The notes under the pieces were generated by a model. That model had not been told where the DNA came from, searched no databases, and was given only the letters and a program-made list of their open reading frames with translations. Position numbers and translations under genes: made by a program. From contig JAAILG010000175.1 in NCBI GenBank assembly GCA_012026655.1, forward strand, positions 1 to 64,000: 64,000 nucleotides of DNA, written 5' to 3'. The first letter of the stretch is position 1. Every line of letters begins with the position of its first letter. Shown here in pieces: positions 26,540 through 38,531 of this stretch. This stretch comes from Hydrolagus affinis (lineage: Eukaryota).

Positions 26540-29500
26540 GGATAGGTGTCAATGGCAGGGCTGACTTGGCTAGTCATCCCCTAGCCCTGGCCACACATGG
26601 GATGATGCCGCCCCACTGATCCCTCGCTCTCGGCTCCCTGCGTACGCATTTTGGCTGCCGCCACAACCCGATCCGAGCCTACCCCACCACCCTAAATGTC
26701 TCTCCCACCATCCACCTCTATCCGCTACTCTAAATCTGTCCTACTCTCCCTCCATACCCACCCCCCACCCCCGCCTACTCTCCCCGCTGGCCTCCACCAC
26801 CGCTTCCCTCTGCTCCAGTCTGGGCATCCTCCACCGGGCCCATCGTGGCACCAGGTGTTGCAGCCACCCCAACTGTCCCATCATCCACTCTCTCCACCCA
26901 AAACACCCCCTCAAGGCAAACACCACTTCCCTCTCTGCCTTACTTACCCTCCCCCCTTCCCCTCCCTCTTCTCTCCCCACACCCACCTCTCCTACACACC
27001 CTCAGATCCTCTCCTCACCACTCTCTCCTCCCTTTCCCCCCTCCAGCAAACTCATCCACACTGCTCTCCAGAACGTCCGCTCCCTTTCCAACAAATCCCT
27101 CACTATCTATGATCTCATCCTGGATGAAAACATTGATATTCTTGGGCTTACGGAAACCTGGCTTTCCCCAAATGACCCCGTGCCTCTAGTCGAGGCCTCC
27201 CCTCCAGGCTACACCTTCCACCCCACCCCCCGCCCCAACCAATGTGGCGGCGGGGTGGCCATCATCTCAAATGCCTCCCTTGGTCTCTTCCCCTACTCCT
27301 CTGGCTGTTTCCCCTCCTTCGAGCACCTCACGCTCTACCATCCTTCCCTTTCCTTAAAAATCCTTCTACTTTATTGTCCTCCTAAACCCCCTGGCTCTTT
27401 CATCTCCGATATCTCCACTCTCTTCTCCTCCCTGTCCCTCAGCTCTGAATGCCTGCTCATCATGGGCGACTTCAACCTCCACCTAAACTCCCCCTGCACC
27501 ACCTCTTCCGATTTCACTGCCCTCCTCTCCTCCCTAACCCTCACCCTCCACATTGACTCTCTGACCCACAACCATGGCCACACCCTTGACCTCATTATCA
27601 CCCATGACCTTGACATTTCCGACCTCAGCATCTCGGTCAAGGCCACCTCGGACCACCTTCTTGTCTCCTTCTCCTCTTCCATCCTCTCCGCTCCACCAAG
27701 CCCTCAACCATACTTTTCCGCCCATGGAAAAGTCTCCTCCCTGAGACCCTCACAGATGCCCTCATCCTCTGACCTCTTACCCCTCTGGTCTTCCACCCAC
27801 AGCGATCCTGAAGCAGCAGTCCAGCAGCTCCATGATCACCTCTCCTCCACCTTCACCTCTCTCGTCCCCCTGAAATCCAGGTCTATTTCCAACCCCACCT
27901 GCACCCCTGGTACAACACTCATCTCCGCATCCTCAAATGCCAAACCCGAACGCTCGAGCGCAGGTGGCAGAAAACCGGCCTCACGGTTCACCACCAACTG
28001 AGGCTCGAGCATCTTCATAGCTACCGCCGTTCCTTGTGTCAAGCAAAGATGGCTTACTATTCCAACATCATCCTGGAGGCAAACAACAACCCTAAAGTCC
28101 TCTTTTCCACCAACCACCACCTCCTCCATGAACCCCCTCAGGCCTCCTCAATCTTCACTTCAAATGCGAAGTGCGAGGAGGTCATGGACTTCTTTTCTTC
28201 CAAGATCCACAATATCCGCCAGGCAGCATCATCCTCCAGCCTCTCGTCACCCACTATCACCCCCATCCCATCCCCCTCACCACCCCCACCTACCCCATCT
28301 TCAGCTCCTACCTCAACCCCCTTCCTACACTCCTTCTTCCCCATCTCTCCTTCCTCCCTCTCACGCACTCTCACCTCTATGAGGCCAACAACCTGCTGCC
28401 TCGATCCCATCCCCACTAACCTACTGCTCACCCAGCTCCCACTCCTCTGCCCACTGCTGGCTGATATCATCAACCAGTCCCTCTCCTCCGGATCAGTCCC
28501 TGCCCCCCTCAAAACTGCCGTCATCACCCCGCTCCTTAAAAAACCCTCCCTGGATCCTCAAACCCCAGCCACTACCGCCCTATCTCAAACCTGCCTTTCC
28601 TCTCAAAAGCACTGGAACGCGTTGTTGCAAACCATTTCCGCGCCCACCTCTCCTCCCACTCCCTCTTCGAACCCCTCCAGTCCGGTTTTCGCCCTGCCCA
28701 CAGTACAGAGACTGTGCTTCTGAAAGTCACAAACGAGGTCCACTCTATCTGCAACCAGGGCTCCCTCTGCCTCCTTATCCTCCTGGACTTGTCGGCTGCG
28801 TTCGACATAGTCGATCACGCCATCCTCCTCCACTGCCTGTCCTCCGTCAACCACCTCAGTGGGACTGCACTCGCCTGGTTCGAGTCCTACCTCACAAATC
28901 GCCAGCAGTACATCTCCACAAACGTTTTTTCCTCCCGCTCTTATCCTGTGGGGTACCCCAGGGATCCATCCTTGGCCCCCTCCTTTTCCTCATCTATACG
29001 CTCCCTCTTGGAGATGTCATGTGCAGACATGGCGCACACTTCCACATGTAAGCGGATGACATGCAACTCTATTTCTCCACTTCACTTTGTGACCCCCAGT
29101 CCCCCGATGTTCGGTCAGCCTGCCTTTCAGATATCAGGAGCTGGATGAGCGCAAATTTCATACAGCTGAATGTCGACAAGACAGAGGCCATACTCCTTGG
29201 CTCTCATCAACATCTCCATTCGCACGGCTCTCACCTCCTCCACCTTCCCGGCCTGCCCCTAAAACTCTCCAAACCTGTCCGCAACCTAGGCATCGAACCT
29301 AGGTTCGACCCCCAACTGTCCTTCCTCCCCCACATCCGGTCCGTTACCAGCACTGCCTTCTGCCACCTCCGACAGATCGCCAGCAATACCTCACCACAAA
29401 AGCTGCTGAAATCTTGGTCCACGCCTTTGTCACCTCTCGGCTGGACTATTGCAACGCCCTCCTCTCCGGTCTCCCCTCCACCAAAATCCACAAAATCCAG

Positions 29501-30007
29501 CTAATCCTAAACTCTGCCTCCCGCATACTCACCCGCTCTAAGCTTCGCTCCCCATTACCCCAGTCCTTGCCAGACTTCACTGGCTCCTTATCCCAGAGAG
29601 GATCGACTTCAAGATCTTCACCCTTGTTTTCAAATCCCTCCACTCCTCTGCACTCCACTATCTCTCTGATCTCCTCTCCCCCCAAACCAACATCCACTGC
29701 CTTCGCTCCTCTGGGTCTCGCCTCCAAAATGTTCCCCGAATCCTCCTCTCCATCCTCGGTGGCCATACCTTCAGCCACTACGCCCCGAGGTTCTGGAACT
29801 CCCATCCTCACTTCCTTCGCCTCGCCCCTTCTCTTCCCAGTTTCCGGTCACAGTTGAAGACCTTCCTCTTCGACCGCGCTTTTGGTCACCTTCCTGCCCC
29901 TGCCCCTGGCTCGGTCCCGGGATCCGCTATTGTAAAGCGCTCTGAGACGCCGTCCGGCATGGAGGATGCTATATAAATCAAAGCTGTTGTTGTTGTTGTT
30001 GTTGTTG
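26540..30007 (+). mobile_element. Near full-length L2 LINE (family A) with a single disrupted APE-RT ORF starting at about ATG 26696
   Basis: APE motifs LQNVRSL, LGLTETWL, GGGVAII, MGDFNLH, HTLDLII, SDHLLV. RT motifs [48 protein letters not shown] is mutated to TAA-GCG-GAT-GAC near 29049. Multiple frameshifts, 3' hairpin and (GTT)n tail. Confidence 0.95.
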
Positions 30008-30993
30008 AGGAGGCTCTCCTCCTACACTGGAAAGTACTCTAATTTGCAGCCAAATAAAGATAAATGCATTTTACTGAATTCTGTCAGAGTATTTTAACAT
30101 TAACTGGTTAGTTAACATTGCTTCAAGTGAAACATCATTATTATGTATTGTTATACGCTTCAGCTGGGATCCTGTGCTGGGCCGGAATGGTATTTTGGCT
30201 AACTTCGGACGTCCCTTAAGCTAGAAAAATAGCTGTAACCAATGCGTCCACCTTAACAGGCTTCCACATCAAATACATTTGCAGAAAATTCATTGAGCGG
30301 GTTGCAAAATAAGCTGTTCAGGGACATTGCGGTAAGATTTAACAGATCATGATAGCTATTACAATCCTGCGTTTCATGATGAAGCCGCCATTCATCCACT
30401 TACAAGGATGTCTTGGGTGAAAGCAGCGTAAGGAAATGATAGCCAGTAGTGTGAAATCGCAACTCTGAGCAACACCTGCTCAGCATTCACTCATGCAGTT
30501 GTTTCTTTGGCAACCCATATTGTGAAAACGAATTGCATAAGGCCTCCTAATAAAAAAAAGTATCTAAATAAAGTGGAAAGGGCACCTGTGATTTTAATAA
30601 TCAGCTGAAATTAAGCCGGGCAGCTTTACTGTATAAAATGGATTTTGTTTTAAAATTCTCCATTGTTTAATAGTTTGCTGTATTTCTGAACAACATTCTA
30701 TACTTGACCATGGGCAGTAGTCATTGTTCAGTGATCATTTCAAATGTCAAATATTTACAATAAGAACCAAGGAATATTTTGGAGCAGAATAAACCATTAC
30801 ACTCCATCTGGCTGATACTAAATTTAAGAAAGATAGTGTTACACTACTTTTTCATTTTCTTACTCTCAGACCAGTCAGTAGATTTCCTTGCCAAATAATT
30901 GCTGCAATTGCCGATTGAATTTGTGGACAACAATCTTTGAGTTTATTTAAATTACCAGTGCACACATTTATTACATATTCTGAAAATGAGTCT

Positions 30994-31270
30994 TAGAATC
31001 ATAGAAATCTTCCTGTGCCTAAGGAAGCCATTCAACCAATTGAATCTGTCCCAAGCTCTCAGAGCAATGTGTTCATTCAACCAGCACCTTGGGACGTCCT
31101 CTTGATGTGAAAGGCACTATACAAGTGTAAATTTGTTGTTGTTCATTCAACTTCACTGCCTGCCTTATCCCCATAATCCACTCTATCTTTCATATACTCA
31201 TCTACTGTACTTCCCTACTGAACCCCACAATGGATGCTGCTTTTCCCAACTTACTTGGCAGGGAATTCCA
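30994..31270 (-). mobile_element. CR1 3' tail carrying a 59-nt L2-B hairpin insertion (31082-31140, + strand)
   Basis: TAGAATCATAGAA tail. The inserted CAGCACCTTGGGACGTCC...TTTGTTGTT is flanked by direct repeat GTTCATTCAAC (31071-31081, 31141-31151). Confidence 0.75.
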
Positions 31271-31509
31271 CATACCAAGAACTCTAAAATTGCTCCTAAG
31301 GGCGTGTTTGGATGAGCATCAATGAAATTCAAGCTGACAATCAAAAACAGTGTCACAACCAGCCATTCACATCAAAGCTATAAAATCTCTTTAAATACCC
31401 AAATGCTCTGCCAAATGATTCCTATGCTTCTGAAACCAGGAAAATATCCTGTTTATGAAGATGATTGTCCGTCATATAGGATAAGCCAAGGTCAGTGTTG
31501 TGGACTTTA

Positions 31510-31825
31510 TAATAATAATAATCCTTGCATTTGACATAGAGCTTTTCATATCTTATCGACGTCTCAAAGCACTTCACAGAATATAATGTAAAGTGAATTG
31601 ACTGTATATTTAATGTGGTAGCCAATTGTGCACAGTAGTGTCCCACAAACAGTCGTGGACTGAAATGATGAACTTTTATTATTGTGTTTTTTTTTTGATG
31701 GATTATTATTAGGCATGTGGTGTAAGGAAACTTGCCTAAGATTTTGCCCTGATCTGCCTGGATTTGAACACAGGTCTCACGCTTGTAAGGCGAATGCTCT
31801 AACCACTAAACTACAGGAGCTCCAC
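31510..31825 (-). mobile_element. Full-length tRNA-derived SINE (short-body subfamily)
   Basis: Colinear with 22282-22600. Head GTGGAGCTCCTGTAGTTTAGTGGTTAGAGC on the minus strand. Confidence 0.9.
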
Positions 31826-33579
31826 TTGGAGGGGATAGAAATTCATTTTGTAGGATCTTTCTTCAGGACATGAATGGGTTGTGGCATAACCAATGTTCAG
31901 TACCAGTTTAGTATTTCTTCTGTGCTGGGTGTTTTGTTGGGTGATATTCATTGTTTTTTTGACAGGTCATTAGATGAACTCTTATGGTATTTTACTTCAG
32001 GGAAGGGAAAGCTGACAGTTCGAGTCACCCTATCTGAATCATGGGTCCTCAGCTAATTACCAAGTGACTCTATAACAAGTGTGGAGAAACATCAAAGCAA
32101 TAGATTCTCTTCCAGATGATGGGTGGATTTTAAAAGGGAATTAGGTAAACACATGTTTTTCGAGTGTAAGGGGAAATAGCATGCAGTAGGGATTAGAATA
32201 GATTACTTCATCGGAGGAAGAAATTTTTACACTAATACAGTGAGTTAAATGGTCTTCTATTGTAGATTTCTGTGAGAGTATAGTAATAATCCTTGCATAA
32301 TGTGAATGTTTCATACAAAGAGAACATTTCTGTCGAAAATACATTATTAAATTAGAAGTGATAATAGGTCAGATAAAGTAGTCACTTATTTTAAAGTTCA
32401 GCTCTTAATTCCCAGTCTTTAGGAGAATTACCTTGAAATTCACTTAGTTATCCATTAATGTATACGTGAATGATTATTTGCAGGATTACACCTGTAAAAC
32501 AGGTCCTAAATTGTGAGCACCCCATTCTTTCATTCTAAAATGGTAAAAAAAAGAAATATAATTTTATGAAACACTAATATCAGACAACATCAAAAAGATG
32601 TATTATAAGTTTATATCTATATTATATATACAGTATTATATCAGCAGTTGACTTACAGGCTTTTGTGTATTGTACACTACCTTCATCTCCCATACAGGAT
32701 TTTGCATGGAACAAAGGACCATATGGACCCAACAGTACTTTATGTGTAAGAAAATATCTTGAAGATTAAGCTTCAGATTTCATGATAGTTATTTTGATTT
32801 TACGATAGTTATACTTTCTGGTTTATGCACACAATCTGACATTCTGGTATCAGGAAAAGGGGAATCTGTGTTTTTTAAAGGAATGTAAAATTGCGCAGGA
32901 CTGGAAAAGACCATGATGGTCCATCTTGCTAGGCCCAAAGTAAACAAAATTCTATACGACTATTTCTCATTACACCTCAATTGAATTGTTCATTGAATAA
33001 CTGCAGTAATTAAATTTATTGACCCAATTGGTCTAATATTCCGCAAATTGTAATGGGATTATTTAAAATAGAATATTACAATCTTAAAGCAGAAAAAATA
33101 AAATTTTGCCCATTGAGTTTGCATTGAGCTATCCAATCTTATCCCACTCCATTTGTTTATTGTTGTTTTTAAGATTGTGCAGATTTGTGGAGAATTCTGA
33201 ACCAGTAAATTTTTTAAAAAAACTAGTTTTCCATAGTGATTTTAAGAGAACTGGCTTCCAAAAAGAGACTCAAGCAATTTGGAAATTTTACCCAATCTTA
33301 AATTTTAAGAGCAAACATCCCATTAGCAGACTAAGACTAGGTTGAATTTGGGCACCCAATTTCCCTTTAAAAGAATTAATGGTCTCTGCTTCAACAGCAT
33401 TTTCCAGCAGTGAATTTCACATTGCATCAATCAATTAATGTAAAATATAATTTTTGTAGGGCATTTTTGTCGAGTGTAGTGACTGTGCATTAGTAGGAAA
33501 TTCTGGTCGTCATTTTACACAGAAAAGGTTTCGATGATCACCTTATCTGAAGGAATGTTGGGCTGGAGATGTGGAGAAA

Positions 33580-33780
33580 CTTTCTTGTCATTGTGAATAA
33601 TGTCAAGGGATCTCTTATAACCACCTGAACAAGTAGACAAGACCTTAGTTTACTGTCTCATCTGAAACATGATATTACAGGCAATGAAGCACAATGCAGT
33701 GAAAGCCTCAATAAAAATGTGGTTTGAACTCACACCTCTGTCCTAAAGTCTAGAATGCCACTAAATAGCCAAGCTGAGGC
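33580..33780 (-). mobile_element. Degenerate Deu-domain SINE
   Basis: Minus strand TTTCAGATGAGACAGTAAACTAAGGTC...TTCAGGTGGTTATAAGAGATCCC plus a tRNA-like head. Confidence 0.65.
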
Positions 33781-33852
33781 CTAAGCATTGCGGTATCATT
33801 TTAATTACTTTGTTCCAGATAAACTTTGTGAACTAAACATTACTCATGTGGT

Positions 33853-34499
33853 TACCTCCTTAACATTGCCAGACTCCGCCATTGCCTCACCCCAAAGGCT
33901 GCCGAAACTCTCATCTGTGCATTCGTCACATCAAGGCTTGTCTACGGAAACTTCCACCGTGTTGGCCTTCCGGCTCTTCCCTTCAAAACCTGTAGATCAT
34001 CCAGAACTCTGCAGCTCATGTCCTTTCCCGGACTAGGCTCCGCGACCCCATCACTCACACCCTCTCCTGGCTTCCCATACCCCCAGAGGATCGAATTCAA
34101 GATTCTCATCCTCATTTTCAAAGCCATTCACGGCCTTGCCCTCTCCTATCTCTCCGACCTGCTCCCCGCCCCCTCCTTTCAGCGGGCTCCTGGCTACTCC
34201 GTGTCTCCTCCCCGACCACCCTACCATCGGAGGCTGGGCTTTCAGCCTCTCTGCCCCCACACTCTGGAACTCCAGCCCACAGTCCCTTCACCTCGCTGCC
34301 TCCTTCAAGGCTGGTCTCAAGACCCTCCTTTTCAATCGTGCCTTCTGCTGCCTTCCCACCTCTCTGCTTCCCCTTCCCCCTCTCTTACCTCCTGCCCCTC
34401 CTCCATGCTGGAGTCCTGACCCCTGACTGTTCAGCGCCTTGGGACATCCTCCCGATGTGAGAGAGGCGCTCTATAAATGTAACTTTGTTGTTGTTGTTG
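33853..34499 (+). mobile_element. L2 LINE (family B) 3' fragment just upstream of the terminal exon
   Basis: Encodes PQRIEFKILILIFKAIHGLALSYLSDLL and FKAGLKTLLFNRAF, with hairpin and (GTT)n tail. Confidence 0.9.
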
Positions 34500-34548
34500 A
34501 GGAGTTCTAATTCACTTGCATTTTTATGTGCCCTGCACAACATTCTAG

Positions 34549-34695
34549 GCATTGGCTAAACTGAATGGAAGACTTCAGCCCATGGTGAACGGAATTGATG
34601 CAAACAGGACTAAATGGGAGGAGCTCTGCAGAATGTACCGTCAATCCCATGATGGCACAGATGCCACTAATCACACATTGAAGAGTGAACACTGA
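34549..34695 (+). CDS. PDE11A: PDE11-family terminal coding exon (ALAKLNGRLQPMVNGIDANRTKWEELCRMYRQSHDGTDATNHTLKSEH*)
   Basis: Acceptor caacattctag|GCA, phase 0, TGA at 34693-34695. Aligns to PDE11A ALVKVNVKLKPMLDSVATNRSKWEEL. Absent from the ORF track. Confidence 0.93.
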   Translation, partial: ALAKLNGRLQPMVNGIDANRTKWEELCRMYRQSHDGTDATNHTLKSEH

Positions 34696-36411
34696 AGCAA
34701 TCCACTAACTTGTGCAATGGACGTCGTAACACTTGATCACCTACCCCCTCCCCCTCCCCCCCTCCCCTCCCCACTCCCCACCAGCCACTTTGGGTAGTTT
34801 GGGACTCTGGCAGATGGAACGTTAATGACAATGATGCAGTTGCTGAGTGTCATCAATATTACTTTGGCCACAGAGTCTACCTTACGCGAACATTACCATG
34901 AGGTCCATCTGTGTGGCTGCTGCAGAGAAGGCAGAAAATCATTTTGTTGCTATCAGCTCTCAGATATGGCAAGGACATCAGCATTACAGACATTCGAAGC
35001 TACCCCAGGAGATTGACTGTTTCACACACACACACCCGTACCATGCACTTCTGTACAAGTTAGTATCTAAACTTTGCAAAATATGACTGCAGTCTTCTGC
35101 TGCATCAGTGTTTTTTGGGTGCTTTTTTTGTTTTAAAAAGTCTGCCATTTCCTGGATCACTTTATTAAACTGACTTCTAGTTGTATCGATTGGCAGCGGG
35201 ACCTTCAGATTGGCAATGCATCTATAATTGATGTTTGTTTCACATGATGTTAAGCTCACAGAAGACCATTCTGAACAGTGCTTATGGGAACAGATCAAAG
35301 AGACTGCAGTGAAGCTACCAGAATTGAGATGATGGGGTTTCAGTTGTGATATTTGTTAAGGAACTTGTAATTAATGAATCCCGGGGAACATGTCAACAGA
35401 GGTTGATTCTCCAGACCTCCTCTCACCTGATCAACCTTGACTTGGAGCCTGGCTATTGTAGGTTACCAAGGATGTACAGGTTCCCTGTAGGATATGCACA
35501 TCTCAATATGCTTTTTCCAGTATTAAGGAACCATTCACACTGCTTTTTCCCCCGACAAGTGATTTTGCAATCCCTCATTAAAAAGTTCATGTATTTTAAA
35601 AAGATCAACCCAGGAAGCATAAGTATTGAAGCACAACAGAGTAGGTTAATGCCACAATGTGCAAGCTAAGTGATCTGATGGGAGACGGTTGATCAATAAT
35701 GCCATTGACTTCCACCCCACTGATTTTTGGACTGTTCCTCGTCAGAGAGACAGTTCAACCTGAGCTGAACTGGGGATGTTAACCTTCATATGATGGACCT
35801 CAATAGCTATTCATTTCAGCTTGGTAAGAACTGACATATCGATGCATTCATCACATCGTCCAAGTCTCCGTCAATGGTAAGGTTTATTTCAACATGTAGC
35901 TTGACATTCCTTTCACTTTCCAGGATAGAAAGATTTAATCTGTACCTACTCCACATGCCTGTCCTGTACTCTATTGATGAAATGCATTATGGGTGTGTTG
36001 TCTGCACATACCTTGGCTCCTTACATAGGATTTGGCTCACTAATATATTAGAGGGCAGTTGGACGGAACTTACTTTTAATCTGAGTATTAAATGCTACAT
36101 TCTCTTATCATTTCATATAAATTATAATGAACTTATAATGAACTATTTTTGTTGGATCTAAGGTATAGGACTACATAGCATGTTAGCCAGAATTTATCTT
36201 TGTTTCTGAGGGATAAGATGTGTAAGGCTTTAGAGCAGTGGTACCATTATGTGGTCCAGGTTCCACTTAACCTTCAGCAGTAGTGGGGTATTGGGGGAGG
36301 CTATGGCGGAGCCGTAAGAATGGGTGGGCTGTGTTAAGTCGCTTATGTAAACACTAGCAGAGATTGGCTGTACTGTTTTAGTGCTGCAGATGCTATGTGA
36401 AGATTTACAGC

Positions 36412-36765
36412 TTCCTGTATCTTTGGGCATCCATTATTTAACATCTTCATAAATGATCTGGAGCTAGGTGTCACAAAGCACAGTGGCTAAATTTGCAACG
36501 ACACACAGCTAACGAGGGTGATAGACTGTAAAAATGGACAGGATAGATTACAGGAGGATTTGGACATTCTTGGGAATTGGGCAGATCGATGGCACATGAA
36601 ATTCAATGTAGTTAATGCAAAGTACTTCATATGGGGACAACAAAAATGGGATTATTATTTAAATAGGAAGAAAATAATCTGTACAGAAAATGAAAATGAC
36701 TTGGTGATCTTGATTGACAATAAAGTAAGGCAAACCAAATGCTGGGTTGTATTAAAAGGGAAATA
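36412..36765 (+). mobile_element. CR1 LINE RT fragment
   Basis: Encodes LFNIFINDLELG, VAKFA(D)DT and LQEDLDILGNWADRWHMKFNV. Confidence 0.85.
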
Positions 36766-36801
36766 TTGAGCCAAATAGTGGGGTAATCCTGCCACTTTAT
36801 C

Positions 36802-37095
36802 ATCATAGAATCATAGAATTTTACGGCACAAAAGGAGGCCATTCGGCCCATATAGTCTGTGCCGGCTCTTGAAAAGAGCAACTCAATCCCACTGCTCAGC
36901 TTTCTCCCCGTAACCTAACAGACCTGTTCTCCCTAAATAAAGATCAACTTCTTTTTTAAAAGCTGTTATTGAATCAGCCTCCACCACCTTTTCAGGCAAT
37001 GCATTCCAGATTCGAACAACCCGCTGAGTGAAAACATTTCTCCTCAGCTCCCCTCCACTTCGTTTTGAAACTATTTTAAATCTGTGACTACGAGT
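36802..37095 (-). mobile_element. Younger CR1 LINE 3' end
   Basis: Encodes TRSHRFK...FTQRVVRIWNALPEKVVEADSITAFKKEVD, with CR1 3'UTR GGGCCGAATGGCCTCCT and (ATTCTATG)n tail. Confidence 0.9.
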
Positions 37096-37329
37096 CGCCA
37101 AATAAAGGTCCACCAAAACAACACAGACTTCTAGTTTTCATAGTTATCACTTAGTTATTTTCTCTTCAATGTGTCTGGTTTTCATCAGCAATTTTTCACT
37201 GTTTCATAATGGAAATCAGGAACTGCAGGCTCAGACCTCAGTCCTATCACTTGTTGGTGCAGCATTTACTGGAAGTATCTCTCGTACAAAATGCTGCTTG
37301 AAACCATGGCTCTGGGGCAGGCCCAATGG

Positions 37330-37568
37330 TGCAGGTGATAGAATTGCAGTTTATGGCTTTTGGAGCTCACTGATTTAGCTGCTCTCGCTATGGTTGCATG
37401 AGAAATTCTTACCTTCTCAAGGTAAGGGAGGTGAAAACCGGCAGGATTCCTGCTCCTGGACCCTCTTCAGTACCCTTTACTGGTAATTTGTGTGCGTGAT
37501 AGACGAGTTGAGAAAGATCAGGCTTGGCTGTAACACTATAAGTCAAGTGGGCACATTCACACTGTAAG
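37330..37568 (+). mobile_element. Ancient SINE-like repeat (a related minus-strand piece lies at ~60560-60720)
   Basis: GGATTCCTGCTCCTG...GGCTTGGCTGT...CACATTCACACTGT. The 60.6-60.7 kb segment contains the complementary GACAGTGAGTGT motif. Family not identified. Confidence 0.45.
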
Positions 37569-37803
37569 AGAAGGCCAGACTAAGATCATGTTCCAGTGGG
37601 AAGAAAATTAGAAAAATAATTGGACACATTAAATGTTTAATAATAAAAAACAGGAACCATGACCCAAACTGAGAAACACTGCTGGGTAATACATACTTTG
37701 TCATTGAAATGAAAATAAAAACATCCTAACTAGCAGACCGGATCTATGTATAAATCACCAACTGGTAACATTAGCTTGAATTATTATCCCAAAACTAATA
37801 ATG

Positions 37804-37809
37804 TTTATT
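37804..37809 (-). terminator. Candidate polyadenylation signal of the putative minus-strand gene
   Basis: AATAAA on the minus strand about 670 nt downstream of the TAA at 38476. Confidence 0.3.
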
Positions 37810-38054
37810 AACCAGCAAAACAATATTTTACACATCGTTATGAACAAAGTGGACACATCAGCTGAAACAACATAACCTAGGTCTGAAATAAATAGCACAA
37901 CTGTTAATGGAACAGGCTACAACTATGTACCACATCATATAAATACTCTTGGAGTTAATTAATAAAAGCTATGGGAAATGATGGACCAAAGTATTTGTAT
38001 TTAAAAGGTTTAAAGGTCGACACCCACTACATCGTACTTGTACTTACAACTAGA

Positions 38055-38230
38055 TTAAAAACAGAATTGCTGAGAATCCCTGGAAGGTTCAACCAGCATC
38101 TGAAGGATAATCGAGGCTCAAACGTGTCAACCTCTCTCTTTCTCAGATGATGAGCTACCTACCTGCTGTGGGCTTTCAGCATCTCTACTTTTATTCCATA
38201 TTTTCATCCTCTGCAATTCTTTGTTCTATT
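38055..38230. mobile_element. Degenerate Penelope-type inverted element
   Basis: AAAAACAGAATTGCTG...CAGCATCTG and CCTGCTG...TTCAGCATCT arms resemble 14868-15048. Confidence 0.5.
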
Positions 38231-38475
38231 TAGACAGCTGAAGTCTGTTTAAATCAACACAATTAAAACCAAATCTTATATTAACATTTTAAAAACTATG
38301 TTTTTTAAAAAAAGAAATGATGTGTAAACAAACGAAGCCCATGATGTCTGTTAGAATTGGAGGGGGTTGTAGTGTCGGTATATCCATGCTGGAGGTTTGT
38401 TTTCAGATGGATTTCTTTGATCACAAACAGCAGAATCAGTCAGGTAATCAGACCGAGCAGGAGAGTGGACTTCAC

Positions 38476-38531
38476 TTACAGCATTGCACAGCAGTCTGAG
38501 AAATTATCTTGTTTCATTGAAGCATTGTCTG
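38476..38531 (-). CDS. Candidate terminal coding exon of an unidentified convergent gene (xDNASMKQDNFSDCCAML*), C-CaaX motif
   Basis: Acceptor ttagttttcctttcag|CAG (NAGNAG), open phase-1 frame ending TGC TGT GCA ATG CTG TAA. No homology recognised. Confidence 0.42.

Noticed and set aside
27180-29857. Active autonomous LINE or domesticated endonuclease gene
   Set aside because: Multiple frameshifts and a stop in place of the YADD tyrosine.
34696-37970. Defined poly(A) site for the PDE11 gene
   Set aside because: Several ATTAAA/AATAAA hexamers occur, some inside CR1 fragments, and none can be selected from sequence alone.
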